DNA of 64,000 nucleotides from Octopus vulgaris. Its lineage: Eukaryota. Positions 38,049 to 51,280 of the stretch are shown piece after piece. How positions within the stretch are numbered: position 1 is the stretch's first letter; each line of letters begins with the position of its first letter. The stretch spans positions 113,708,001 through 113,772,000 of the forward strand of contig OX597816.1 in the NCBI GenBank assembly GCA_951406725.2, given 5' to 3'. The notes beneath the pieces are model-generated. The model ran no database searches. It was not told the DNA's origin and saw only the letters and a program-made list of their open reading frames with translations. Position numbers and translations under genes: made by a program.

Positions 38049-39859
38049 TTACTGTCAGTTTCCGTTTACCAAATTTACTCATAAAACATTGTCAGCCCAG
38101 AGTTTTAATAGATGATACTTGCTCAAGGTGTCATGCAGTGGGATTGAACCTAAAACCATGTGGTTGAGAAGTAAACTTTTTAATCACGTAACCATGACTT
38201 TTCAAGTAGTTTTATTTAATTAAACACATCCTCATATATTTTCATACATGATGTATTTGCATAATAACAGTTGATAAATCTTCTTAAAGGAGGATATTTT
38301 TGTAAGTATTTCATATAAATTAATTTGTAGTGACACTTTAGGCTGTGTTCTTAAATTTGCACAACAGTTTGATCCTCAAAAACTAGCTATTTGTTTCAAT
38401 TTTCTTAATTTCAAGTTATTTCTGAGAACTCTGATGGACAGTCAGGATAGCAATTTTCTTCTTTTTCTAAGACTAAAAACATAACAACCAAGAAGGCAGC
38501 CTCTACATAGTCACTTGCCCTGCTAGAAATAGCAATCAAATCTGAAATTGAATTCTGTTATCTTAAACCTGGAATGACATATTGAATAATTGAACCCTGA
38601 TAAATAAGGTCTAGATAAAAATTGCTGGGATGTTTATAGCTGGAACACTTTTTATAGTATAGCTGTTCTATTGTAGCTGGCCTGGAGCTTCAACAGCATC
38701 AGCTACAATGTAGTTTGTACAATAGTTACTCTTATACTGTTCTTTGAAATATTCATCAAACCATTTTATTTACTTTAAAAATTACTTTATGTTTCTTGGC
38801 ATAGAAAACTGTGAGTTTGCCCAGATTTACATGTTTGATAAATATATCTGCATTGATACAATGTTGTAATATTAGATGGTCATAAATGGTTTTGGTTAAT
38901 TTTCATTCATTGTTTACAATTTGTTTTGCCCATTGCTGACAGTTGTATTTTATAGAAACATTCCTGGCTATGAAGCATCAGATCTTTCAATCTTTTTTAT
39001 CTATCTCATCTGAGTTTATATGTACACAGGCACACACACATACACACACATGTGCGCGTGCACACACACACACATACACACACACGCGCGGAGGCATATG
39101 TACATACGCACACACTGTTTTGATTTGATTAACCAATGACTCACTCTTGTATAAATATGACAGTATAAGCTATTGTTTTCTTGCTGAAGGATACGAGACT
39201 GTATATGAACAAAAAAATATATCATTATTATGAATCCTCTAAGAGCAGTGGGGAAGCAAGTCTGAACTTATTGCTCTTTGATTTAAAATGTTGTTAATCA
39301 AAGGTGAATGCACATCTACTACATATGCTTGCACATATGCACACACACATGCACATACACTCACACATTTACACATACATTCATTTACTGACAAACACAT
39401 GCACACATGCACACAAACACACATACAATTCATTGCAAGGCATAACCATATAATTACATATTTCATTTTAAAAAAAGCCAAAAGACGTCGCTAACTAGAG
39501 CTCTACTCTATACCTCGATGCATTTCCTGTTACTGTTTTAGAAAAGAAAAAAAGACCGAGTATACATTCTTTGTAGGACAAAGGGGTTTGTGAACAAAAT
39601 TATAAAATTTTCTTTGTATATTATTTTATGTAAAGATTTTGGTATTGAATTTTTCTTTATGTTAGGAGAGAGAGACAAGAGATAAAAATGCTTGAGAGAT
39701 CAATACACACATGCACACACACATGTATGCACATATGCCTACACACACATGTGCATGTGTCTATTCTCTAGTTTATTTCTTTGTACCAGTAAAAATGCAG
39801 AAGCATTATTCACATAAACTCCACTGAATGTAACTTCGAACATAGCAAAGATGTTATTC

Positions 39860-40643
39860 CTTTTTACTGGTTTCAGTCAATGGGCTGTGGCCATGCTGGG
39901 GTACCACCTGGAAGGGTCTAGTCTAATGGTTCTCAACCATTTTTCATCTATGGACCCTTTTAATTATTATTTTATTCTGGTGGATCCCTATGGCCATTTG
40001 ATGTTTAAAAACTAGTTTAATAGCTATTTTTTTTCAAAATTCTTATTCTGTTTTTCACACATTAACTTGTGTAGGTTGAACCATATAAAATGTTAGAGAA
40101 AGAAACCAAGCTGGTTCCTGCAATACATACCAACACATATTTAATGCAAATTTTTTAGAGGGGCCCTAAAAATACTCGTGAATCCCCAATTCACTATTTT
40201 ATTGCGCGGACCCCCAGAAATCTTATATGGACTCTCAGGGGCTATATGAACCATGGTTGGTATAGTCAATTAAATAGACCTAAGTACTTATTATTTCTAA
40301 AGTCTGGTACTTATTCTATCAGTTTCTTTTACTAAACCACTAACTTAAGGGAACACATGTTGTCAAGCAGTGAAAAACATGCAAAGAAACATGCTAAAAG
40401 TTTTTGCCAGCCCCACTCCCATGCAATTTTATTGACTAAATTTACTCTTTAGTATTTCAAGATATTTTTATGTAATTTTAGTAAATGTATCTATTAAAAT
40501 GAGATGTCAGTGTTATCTTCATTTTTGCCTAACTTAGACGACAGTTTATTCACCACATCCTGTATGAGTAAATATATACATACATACATATATGTATATA
40601 TGTACACATACATACACACACACACACACATACATATATACAC

Positions 40644-40675
<32 letters not shown>

Positions 40676-40822
40676 AATGGGCTTCTTCCAGTTTCTATTT
40701 ACCATATCCACTCACAAGGCTTTGGTCAGTCTGAAGCTATAGACACTTCCTCAAGGTGTCACACAGTGGGACTGAACCTGAAATCATGTGGTTGGGAAGC
40801 AAACTTCTTACCACACAGCCAC
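39860..40822 (-). mobile_element. Fragmented SINE group A (tail 39860-40372, head 40675-40822)
   Basis: Tail and head homology. Interrupted by a hAT MITE and an unrelated or expanded middle. Confidence 0.7.
39924..40259. mobile_element. hAT-type MITE, same family as 10825-11173
   Basis: Colinear with the 10825 copy. TSD gtctagtc/gtatagtc. Right TIR truncated. Confidence 0.8.
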
Positions 40823-41638
40823 AGAAAATTTTAAAGAATATACCACTTCATAGATTGATATCTATTCTATAAAATCTAAATGACAGTCTATTGGTTTTCA
40901 TTACAGACTTATAGAAAGAAATATTTCAGTTGAATCACTCTTTAAGTTGCTGGACACAGTTAATTAATATCTTTTTTGTTTTCAACATCTAATATTAAGG
41001 TGAAGAAAATGCCTTTGTGTTGTACATATAAATTTTATGTTGATGGAGTATATAAATTTGCCTTCTGATTTTAACTAACAAGAATATTCCTATTTAGTTG
41101 CTTAATTTACTAGGAATAGCAACCAAATCTCAGCTTAGGATCATTTAAAAAAAGGATGAATACAATGAATAATGTAGTAATATACATAACATGTTAGAAA
41201 AATATATTCAGTTATCCCAGGAATACTTTCAGTCATATGACAGTTTGAATAGAGAGGACTTGGAGTGAACAGCTACAACTAGCATAAACATTTTTAAAAA
41301 GCAAATATTCATTTATGTTTTATAAAATTTATTTCAGTTTTCAGATTTTAATTTATATTTATGCTGGCTTTGGTTCAACAGTAAAAACAGAACCAGGCAA
41401 GACATTGAGCATTAATCAAAGGCACAAAAGAATACCAGTTCCATTTCTGCAAACACATTAATTTCATTTTATATTTTACATAAGGCTAAGATGCATGGGC
41501 ATGTGGTTAAAGAAGCTTGCTTCTTAACCATGTGGTATTGAGGTCAGTCTCACTGTGCAGTGCCTTGAGCAAATGTTGTCTAGTGTAGTTTTGGGGTATA
41601 AGTGGATTTGGTAGATGGAAAGTGAAAGATACTTGTTT

Positions 41639-41669
<31 letters not shown>

Positions 41670-42031
41670 GTGTATGTGTGTATGTGTGTATGTATGTATA
41701 TACATATATACACACACACACACTCACACGCACACACACACACACATGCACACACATGTTGTGTGGCTCTAATCTTCCATGGAAACATGTCTGGTCATGG
41801 AAAATATTGCTTGGAAACAGGTGATAGCTGGCAACTGGAAGAGCATCTGGTCATATAAAATCTATCTGAACAAACTCCATTTGTCCTGTAAAAGTATAAA
41901 AAATTAGTCAATAAATGATAATGCTGAGTTATTTCATACACTTATTTTGTAAAATAGTTTTGTGGAAAATTTTTGAGAAACTGATATTTATTTGTAAATC
42001 TAAATACATAGATAAAAAAAAATCATATATA

Positions 42032-42461
42032 GGCACAGGCGTGGCTGCATGGATAGGCATGGGTGTGGCTGTGTGGATTGGCGCAGGTGTGGCTGTGTGG
42101 TAAGAAGCTTGCTTCCCAACCACATGGTTCCGGGTTTTGTCCCACTACATGGTACCTTGGGTAAGGGTCTTCTACTGTAGCTTCGGGTCAACCAAGGCCT
42201 TGTGAGTGGATTTGGTAGACAGAAGCTGAAAGAAACCCATCGTGTGTATATATATATGTGTGTGTGTGTGTCTGTGTTTGTTCCTCCACCATCGCTTGAC
42301 ATCCAATGTTGGTGTGTTTATCTCCCTGTAACTTAGTGGTTCGCCAAAAGACCACTAGAATAAGTATTAGGCTTACAAAGAATAAGTCCCGTGGTTGATT
42401 TGTTTGACTAAAGGCAGTACTCCAGCATGGCCACAGTCAAATGATTGAAACAAGTAAAAGA
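42032..42461 (+). mobile_element. SINE group A with triplicated 5' 24-mer
   Basis: Full SINE from 42080, preceded by two diverged copies of its first 24 nt. Confidence 0.9.
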
Positions 42462-42599
42462 AAAAAAGAAAATATATTTTGTTCCATAGTGATCACTCCA
42501 AGCAATCTTCATACATATTTTGTGTAGTTAAGAACATAACCAAAAATATTAACCTGGACACAATGAAAGCAGACGAAGTAATATTTCAAAAGAAACTGT

Positions 42600-42850
42600 T
42601 GGTTCAAACTTGCTACATGGGAAGCATCCTGTTGTACAATGCCCAAATGTATGAAGAGATCACCCAATGATTGTCTACGGCAAGCTCAGCTTTGAGAGAC
42701 TCCAACACAGAGTATGGAAAGATCATGGCATCTGACAACGAAGATTAAAATGTACCCAGTAGTAGTGCATATACCCCTCTCCTATACAGCTGTGAAATGT
42801 GGACATTCTACAAATGTCATTGTAAATAGGTAGACTTATTCCATGCAGTT
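42600..42850 (+). mobile_element. Old RTE (BovB-like) RT C-terminal relic
   Basis: YMGSIL..EEITQ.LSTASSA..RLQHRVWKDHGI..LLYSCEMWTFY. Confidence 0.65.
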
Positions 42851-42879
42851 GAGTTCTACAAAGGTTTAGTGGTGAGAAA

Positions 42880-43460
42880 AATTGACAGCGTTCTTAAAAA
42901 GACTCTGGGCATCAACTAGAATCAACCAACTAGTCTGTCCTGAAGGACTTTCATGCTGGATCCCATGGATAATTACCAGAAATCTTTAGCATGGCAGTGC
43001 TATCAAGTGACATAACTGGTTTATGGCAAACTCTACAAGCATGGAAGTACTGTTAGTTAGCCCAACATGAAATGCATGCTGAGCAATGAAACTGTTCTTC
43101 ATGCATCCATCCAGTGTCCAAGCATTGCTGGTTTGTGGGTTTATGTCAAACATCTGCTCTCATATGTGGGATAGATCTGGCTGTCAGCTGAGTCCATAGT
43201 GAAGATTCTGCCACTGCCGTCTTTTTGGCCTGGAAGTGTAGGCAATATTTATCTTTCTGGCAGCCTTAGCAAAAGAGGTTGTGTTGTGGACCAGATTGAA
43301 ATGGCTAAAGACAAACATGGAAAGTAATGGTGGAGCAGGAAGCACTGCTTTCCTGCAAATTTGTTGAAAGGTGGGTGAATGCAACAAGAATGGGTCTACT
43401 CTAAGCATGTGCTTGTAGATTGAGAGAAGAAGATGAAGAGAGGGCATTTACCCTAGTGGT
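42880..43460 (+). mobile_element. L1/Tx1-like ORF2 C-terminal relic
   Basis: YQKSLAWQCY, NETVLHASIQCPSIAGLW (zf-RVT-like), FLAALAKEVVLWTRLK, KFVERW. Second copy at 54400. Confidence 0.65.
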
Positions 43461-43555
43461 CTGGCCATCTGTAGTATAAATATTTCTAACACAGTGAGGA
43501 AGCCAGAGATTTGGGTGAGTGGGGTGTTGATTTAAAAATAGGTGTCCTTGTACTT

Positions 43556-43810
43556 CAATAAATAAATGCGCCCTTTTAAAGCCTAGCCAAGCTCATGGGC
43601 CTGGTTTCCCAGTTTCAAAGGTGTATGCGTTCCCCAGCTGGATGGGATGCCAGTCCATCGCAGCATTACTCATTTTTGCCAGCTGAGTGGACTAGAGCAA
43701 CGTGAAATGAAGTGTTTTGTTCAAGAACACAACACGTCGCCCGGTCCAGGACTCGAAACCACAATCTTACGGTCATGATGCTGACACCCTAACCACTAAG
43801 CCATGCACGT
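43556..43810 (-). mobile_element. SINE group C (third tail type) nested in an old group B SINE
   Basis: tRNA head and shared core. TSD gtccttgtactt/gtcctagtactt at 43544-43555 and 43815-43826. Confidence 0.88.
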
Positions 43811-45614
43811 CCACGTCCTAGTACTTGACTGGTGTTTTATTATTGTTGATCTGAAAAAAATGGAAAGCAAAGTCAACTTCAGCAGGATTTGAACTCAGAA
43901 TGCAAGGATCCAGAACAAATACTACAAGGTAATTTTTTATATTCTTATGATTCTGCTACTCTCTATAATAATAATGATGGTGATGATGGTAATGTTGCTG
44001 CTGCTACTGCTGATGTTGATGATGATGCTTGTGATGATTAAGAGGAGACGGATTCTATTTAACGAATGCGAATTGACTAACATACTTCTTTTTAAATTGT
44101 ACATTATTAGTTTGGAAATTAAAAATATTGTGTGTAAAATAATAAATAAATAAAACAAGTCCTGAGTCAACAGAAATAACGAGCTGGATGACATTTTCTT
44201 GAACAAAAGAAACTCAAAGAGTGGAATGTATAAATCTAAATAAGGCACTTTTAAAGTAAAATGACTGAGATGTCATCAGAAATGTGTCGTTTTACAAACA
44301 TAAGTATTTTATAGTCTGTATAAAGTTGCTGTTTTAGAAAGTATGACACACAAAGAGCCTGTGACAGAAATATATTCATGAAGGATAAAGTTGGATGTAA
44401 TAACAATATACTTTAGAGAAAACATAAGAGCTAAGAACAATAGAAACAAATCATATTTGTTTTAACAGGAGTATTTCTATTCGAACATAGAAAATTTATT
44501 TTGTAATGAAATTGCAAGTTATGCAAAAATTCACACATACTCTCTCTCTCCCCCACCCCACCACACACATATGTATATTAATTCAGGATGTTAACATTTG
44601 GATGTAGATGTCTTTTTTGGATATAAATTTTAAGAGAAACAGAAATTATTCCATGGACATAATTCTTAAAATACAAGAAGTTTTATGTCTTTATGTATAA
44701 TATTTATGGTTATTCTAAATTTATAAAAGAAAAAAAACTAAAACATAGCCCTGTTAAAATAAAAACCTAAATAACTCCAACACAGTACAATACCATCTCT
44801 CTTTGTATATGGGATTATATATGTGAAATTATTACTTAGTAACTTAAAATAGAGGCCAAATAAAACTATTCAATCTTTGCGACAGCCTATAATTGAAACA
44901 ATCAATTTACTTACTCTTAATGATGCTAATATATTGCAAAACATGACCTTCAATCTACAAACCATAATTTATTTAAGTAATTTCAGAAGTTGATAAAGAG
45001 ATTTTTTCGAATTATAAAAATGTATGAAATATCTTGCTATGAATTTACTTTTTATTTTGTCTGAAGAATTTATGCAAAAAAAAAAAAACAAAAACAAAAA
45101 AACAAAAAAAAAAAATCATATCTTTTGTAAATCATGTATATGGAATGCAAGAACTGTTATTTGTGTCAATGATAATAGAACCCCATTGTAAGACACTTTT
45201 ACAGGGAATGAAATTAATATTGTAAGAATGCAAAATGATTTAAATATAATATAAACATGAATTACTTAAGCTCTATTCTTCACGATGCCAGGCTTGGAGA
45301 TTTCGCTGTAGTATGGATATCAAGGAAACTACTAACATAACCATTTAAAAAATTTCTTCTGAAATTTTCAAGTTCAATTGAATGTTATAGGAGATTTTAA
45401 CATTTGACTCGAAATGTTGTAGACACAATTTTTTCACCTTTTGAGTATAGATTTTCTATGATCATTTAGCTCTTTACCTTCTTACTTCAGTTTTGTGAAA
45501 GACAATACTACCTAACCAGCATGCAGGATTGTGCAGCATGTAGTGCAGTATATTACATCTAATTTTCTGTTTTCGTTCTCTTTTTAAATATCTGAAGGCT
45601 TTGGTGATGATTCC

Positions 45615-45878
45615 AGCCGCCCCGACTGTCTCCATGCCAGTGGCACGTAAAAAGCACCATCCGATCATGGCTGTTGCCAGCCTCACCTTGCCTCAGTGCC
45701 GGTGGCATGTAAAAAGCACCCACTACACTCATGGAGTGGTTGGCGTTAGGAAGGGCATCCAGCCGTAGAAACATTGCCAGATCAGACTGGGCCTGGTGTA
45801 GCCTTCTGGCTTCTCAGACCCCAGTTGAACCGTCCAACCCATGCCAGCATGGAAAGCGGATGCTAAACGATGATGATG
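45615..45878 (+). mobile_element. RTE 3'UTR fragment
   Basis: gtggcacgtaaaaagcacc modules, aggaagggcatccagc, then (GAT)n. Confidence 0.85.
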
Positions 45879-47146
45879 AGGATTGAGAGAATGAACAACC
45901 ATTACAGAGTCTTTTTTGCTTGGGCTATTTGGATAACAAAGTATAATAAACTGCTGATCCATTAATATCTGTAAATCTATTCTCAAGTATATTAATGCTT
46001 TAATAAACTTTAGAATAAATTTGTAGATATTAAGCACAGATATACACAAGTGGTCTTTTATGAAGTCATTTTGTGAACAGAAAAACGGGGCTCAAGGCGA
46101 CTGGTTTCAATTCATGTTTGGATCTCATCTGGAACAGTGTACCCTCTTTGAAAACATTGTGTATATAGTCGCTATTACTAAAGACTTCAGTAAATTGAAT
46201 AAGCTGATTTGCATAAATAACATTTTCTTGGCAGTTAATTCAACTATTGAATTGTTTACATGTTATTGTTTTAACGCTATGATGTATTTTACTATCTCCT
46301 CTGCTTTCAAGTATTTGGACTAGTCCCCTATTTCCTTTCTCACCCTTCTTTTTTTTTCTCAGCAACAGGTGTTCATGCTGGACATTAACTGCATTAAACC
46401 CACCTCTTCCTTTGGCTAAGTTATAAAATAATACTCACCTCTATTTGTCACTACTGTGATGTTTCAAGAATTTGTATGTTACTGATATTGTTGTTTAACT
46501 AAAGATCAACCCTGTTGATTCAGATCTACATTCAAGAGCATTCAAGTTACAATCATCTTATCTTTTATATTACCATGTACTTTGGAATGACCTTATCCAT
46601 TGTGTCCTTTTTTTTAAAGAAGATAGGTACAGGCTCATATTTAGGTGTTCATGGGTTTAGGTACTGCTCCAAGAAAATGGGCTCCATTGAAATATTATGA
46701 AATTGGTTCCCATCTAAGTAAATTCATGGGATTCTTTAGTTTCTGGGTCTAGTGCTGCAGTACACATAACATTTACCTTAATATGGTACTGAGCAGGGTG
46801 TGATTCTAGAGAGATTTAGCTATCATTTCTAGCAGATCAAATGACCCATATAGAGGCTCCCTCATACATTGCCAGCTTCTGTGGTTCACAAACTTGCATT
46901 TCTTTTCTTTTTTTGCTTCATTTGTATAACTCTGAGGGCCAAGTGTTAAATCAAGATCTAGTTAGGTGATATAGGATTTTCACAAGAGTTAAATTTTGCT
47001 CACTTATGATATTTGTTTGTGAATTCATGGATATATTAACTTCCTACCTTCCTCCTCCTTGTTTTCATCTTCATCTTCTTCAACCACCACCACTACCACC
47101 ACCATCATGAACTAGATATTACTAACTATTCTTCCATAATGATTTT

Positions 47147-47295
47147 TAGGCACGAAGCCAGCAGTTTGAGAGGAGGGTTTTAGTTGACACCACTAACTCC
47201 AGTACTTGACTAGTACTTTACTTTATCATTAGCAAAAGATGAAAAGCCATGTTGACCTTAGCTGGATTTGAACACAGAATGTAAAGAGCCAGAAA
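47147..47295 (-). mobile_element. Old SINE group B fragment
   Basis: Diverged homology to 658-866. Confidence 0.65.
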
Positions 47296-48316
47296 CTCTT
47301 CCCTAATAATAATAGTATTAATAATCGACCAGGTACACGAATGATATTCAATTCATCCAAAATATTACTGGGATTAACTTTGCTAACCTAAAAAGGATGA
47401 AAGGTGAAATTGATCCGTTAACCTATGCAAGATTTGACTGCAGAAACATGATACATATTAAGTACTGTGAAGCATTCCATAAAAAAAATTTATTGTTTAC
47501 ACCATATTATATGCCTTGGAAAAAAAAATACAACAATAATGATACCCCATGAATTTAGTAAAGATTTTAGTTTGTTTTTTGTTGCCATTACATAATCACA
47601 TTTTGCTGGCAATATACTTTGATAAATCTGTTAGTTTTGCAATTTACATAATAAATAAGAGTTATTGCTTCTATGCCAGAGCTAAATTATTATCTGTTTA
47701 TATTCAGTGGCAAACCAATCAATCATATAAGAGTAAAGATGAATATTTTGTCATGTAACTCCTAAGATTTTGAGAAATTGAGAGATAAATGTAAGCAGTG
47801 TTGCAGAAATAATTATTAAAGAATGTTATCGTTGTTAATGGAGATTCATTTGGCTATTATGATGAGTTAATTACATGAGATCAATTTAACATCTATTTGT
47901 ACTGGTGGCTAAAACAATAATAATGCACTATAAAGATGCATCACTGCTAAGACCATTTTGGTTAAGTGAACTACCTTACTGGTATGAAATATTGAAAGTA
48001 ACTACTTTTAGTAAAGCTTCTACTTTTAACACATCTTTATAACTAGAGATGGCTTCTACATTTCCATTCAACCCATTAGAAATAGCAGCCTTATGTCTGT
48101 CATTATTCAGTTTTATTCCAAATTTTCTTGCCAATAGAGAAAGAGCTGGTTTCTAACCTAGATCCAAGGCTCCTTCATTGGAATTTCAACAACACCAACA
48201 GGGTATTCTTGTATGTATGTATGTATATGTTCACATTTGCATATTTTGTTTTATGTATGTATTCTCATGCATATAGTTGCATATCTAGACATGCTTGTAT
48301 ATATTTAAATGATAAA

Positions 48317-49720
48317 CATCATCATCATCATCATTTAACGTCTATTGTCCATGCTGGTATGGGTTGGATGGTTTGACCAGGGCTGGTAAGCTGGAAGGCT
48401 GCACTAGACTCCAGTCTGATTTGGCATGGCTTTCTATGGCTGGATGGCCTTCCTAATACCAACCACTCCATGAGTATAATTGGTGCTTTTACATGCCACC
48501 AGCATGGGTGCCATTTGCATGACACTGGTATCTGCCACGACTGCGATTTTGCTCAACTTGATGGGTCTTCTTCTCAAGCATGATGTAATGCCAAAGGTCT
48601 CGGTCATTGCCTATGTGAGGTCCAACATTCAAAAGGAACTCAGCCACTTTGCCTCCATGAGTCCAATGTTCGAAAGGAACTCAGCCACTTTGCCTCTGGG
48701 AAGCCCAGCACTCGATAGGAACTCAGCCGCTTTGCCTTCATGAGGCCCAACGCTTGAAAGGAACTTAGCCACTTTGCCTCCATGAGGCCCAATGCTCCAA
48801 TGGTGCTCTTTACGTTTCACTGGCATGGGTGCTAGATACATGACACCAACATCAGACAAGACTACGATTTTACTTGGCTTGTCAGGTTTTCTCAAGCACA
48901 GAATATTGCCAAAGGTCTCGGTCACTAGTCATTGCCTCTGTGAGGTTCAAAGTTTGAAGATCATGCTTCACCACTTTGTCCCATGTCTAGATAGGCACTT
49001 CTTTACACAAATGTCCTCGTCCATATGCATCACATGACCATACCAGCACAGTCGTCTCTCTTGCACACCACATCTGATGCCTCTTATTCCCTACCTTTCT
49101 CTCAAGATGCTTACACTCTGTTGAACATTCACACTGACATTGCACATCCAGTGCTGCATACTGGCTTCATTCCTTTCAAGTCTTCGCATGTCCTTGGCTG
49201 TCACAGTTCATGTTTCAATACCATGTAGCATGGCTGTTTGCATACATGCATCATACACTCTGCCTTTCACTCTGAGAGAGCAGTGAGGATTTATCTGAAC
49301 TTTGCCAAGCCTAATCATATTCTCACAGCTACATTCTTGGAGCATCCCGCTCCATTACTAACTTGGCCACCTAGATAATGGAAGCTATCTACTACTTCTA
49401 GCTTGCCCCACTGGCAGTTGATGGGGTCTATTTTCTGCACATCTTCTACTTTTATAGTACCTGTGCATCTTCCACATACGAAAGCTAATTTCTCTGTTAA
49501 CCTTTCTCCAATATTGTCTGGAGGACTATGATGAACAAGAGGGGGTTAAGCACAAATCCTTGGTGAACCCCTACTTGTACACTGAATTCTTTACTGTGCT
49601 TATTGCCAACTTTCACCTTATTGGTGGCATCTCTGTACATAGCTTGTACAGCTCTCATTAACCACTCGTCTATCCCTAGTTTCTGCACTAGCCACCAGAG
49701 AAGGGATCAGGGGACCCTCT
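48317..49720 (-). mobile_element. RTE LINE fragment with several internal deletions
   Basis: KLGIDEWLMRAVQAMY..GVHQGFVLNPLLFIIVL (RT). C-terminus and (GAT)n tail at 48317. Confidence 0.88.
48614..48797. repeat. ~42-bp minisatellite (~4.3 units) inside the RTE 3' region
   Basis: Unit ggcccaacgcttgaaaggaactcagccactttgcctccatga. Confidence 0.88.
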
Positions 49721-50040
49721 CTTGCACAAACTCACTGCCGTCTTGGTTACACTTGATAGCAACTTCTTTTCAAGCAGTATAGTTTATTTTATCTTTTAAT
49801 CAAGATACACACGCACAACACATACACACACACGCACACACACACACACACACAGACACATAAATATGGTGGTTGCATTCCATTACATCCACTTGAAATC
49901 ATTAAAATACTGATCAATACAGAGTCCTGGAGTCGATATATATCTATCTACAAACTCTTGGTTGGTGTGCCTCAACATGTCAGCCATGCAAAAACTGAAA
50001 TCAGTTTAAGAATTAATAATGAAAAAATTGCTTATTTATA

Positions 50041-51280
50041 TTAAATTGTTTCACATGAAATGTCGTATTTGAAAGGTAACAATAAAATGTTTTGGAAGTG
50101 TTAGAGAACTGATTTATTTAATCAAAATATGATCCATGTTCATTTATAACGTTTACCTAACGTTTCTCTATGTCATATATTCCATCTTTAAAAAAATTAA
50201 TATTTTTTTGATATAAACTGTCCAAATGCTTCAATTACCTCTTCTCTGTATAAGAATGTTTTATTGCTTATTAAAAGCTCAAAATGCTTAAATAAGTGAT
50301 GATCAGTTGGAGAGATATCAGGGGAATAAGGAGAATGTTGCAAAATCTAATAATTCAGGTTTTGCAACTTTGGGACCGTAGCTTGAGGAATATGAGGACG
50401 TGCATTGTTGTGGAGCAAATTGGGTCATCTCTATTCACTAGTCTAGGTTGCTTCTTTATCAAATTCTTATGCATACCATCAATTTCCTGGCAATACAATG
50501 TTACCATTTTTCCCTGTTGCAAAGATGAATAATGGATAACTCCCTTTGCAGACCACTATACAGCAACCATTAACTTTTTAGCGTGCAATGGTGGGTTTGG
50601 GTAGTGTTTAGGTGACTCTCCTACATCAAACCACTGTCCTGTTCTGCTGTTGTCAAAGAGTATCCATTTCTCATCACAAGTAATGATTTGATGCAAAAAT
50701 GGTCTTTTTCTAGTTGTGAAAGCAATAAGAAGCACACTTTGAGGCGTCTGGTTTTTGAATCTCGTTCAGTTGATGTGGAAAAAAATCTATGTATTTTCTT
50801 GACTTTTTCATTATTTTACAGGTGTCCAAAATCAGCTGTGCAAGATGTTTGGAGTTCTGATGAAAGTTTTCACACCTTTGTTCTCAGATTTTGTTCAACC
50901 AAAGCATTTAATCCATCATGCCAAATAATTGATTTTGGCCTACCCCTTGGTTTATTTTCAGGGCTATCATCTCCTGAACGAGAACTTTGAAACCATCTTT
51001 GAAAAGTTCTGATGTCAACAAAACCATTACCAAAGGCCTGCTTGATATTCTGTCGAGCTTCTGTGGCAGAGTGACCCAATTTGTACTCATACAAGAAAAA
51101 TAACTCAGCATAGTTTGGTTATTATCATTTTCATAAGATCTATGGGTATGAATTTTGCATACCAATATTGTTGGGAAAGAAGAAGAGTCAAGACTAAATG
51201 CAAGATATACATAACTGAGTTTTTAAATGGCTGAAATAATAAGTAATTAAAAAGGCGACATTTCATGTGAAACAACCTAA
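50041..51280 (-). mobile_element. Full-length (1240 bp) decayed mariner transposon
   Basis: TA-flanked TIRs with core ttgtttcacatgaaatgtcg. Transposase HTH remnant YEYKLGHSATEARQNIKQAFG..TFQRWF..RGRP. Multiple stops. Confidence 0.9.

Noticed and set aside
46340-46430. Strong pyrimidine tract with tandem CAG acceptors
   Set aside because: No convincing GT donor follows and the frames close quickly.
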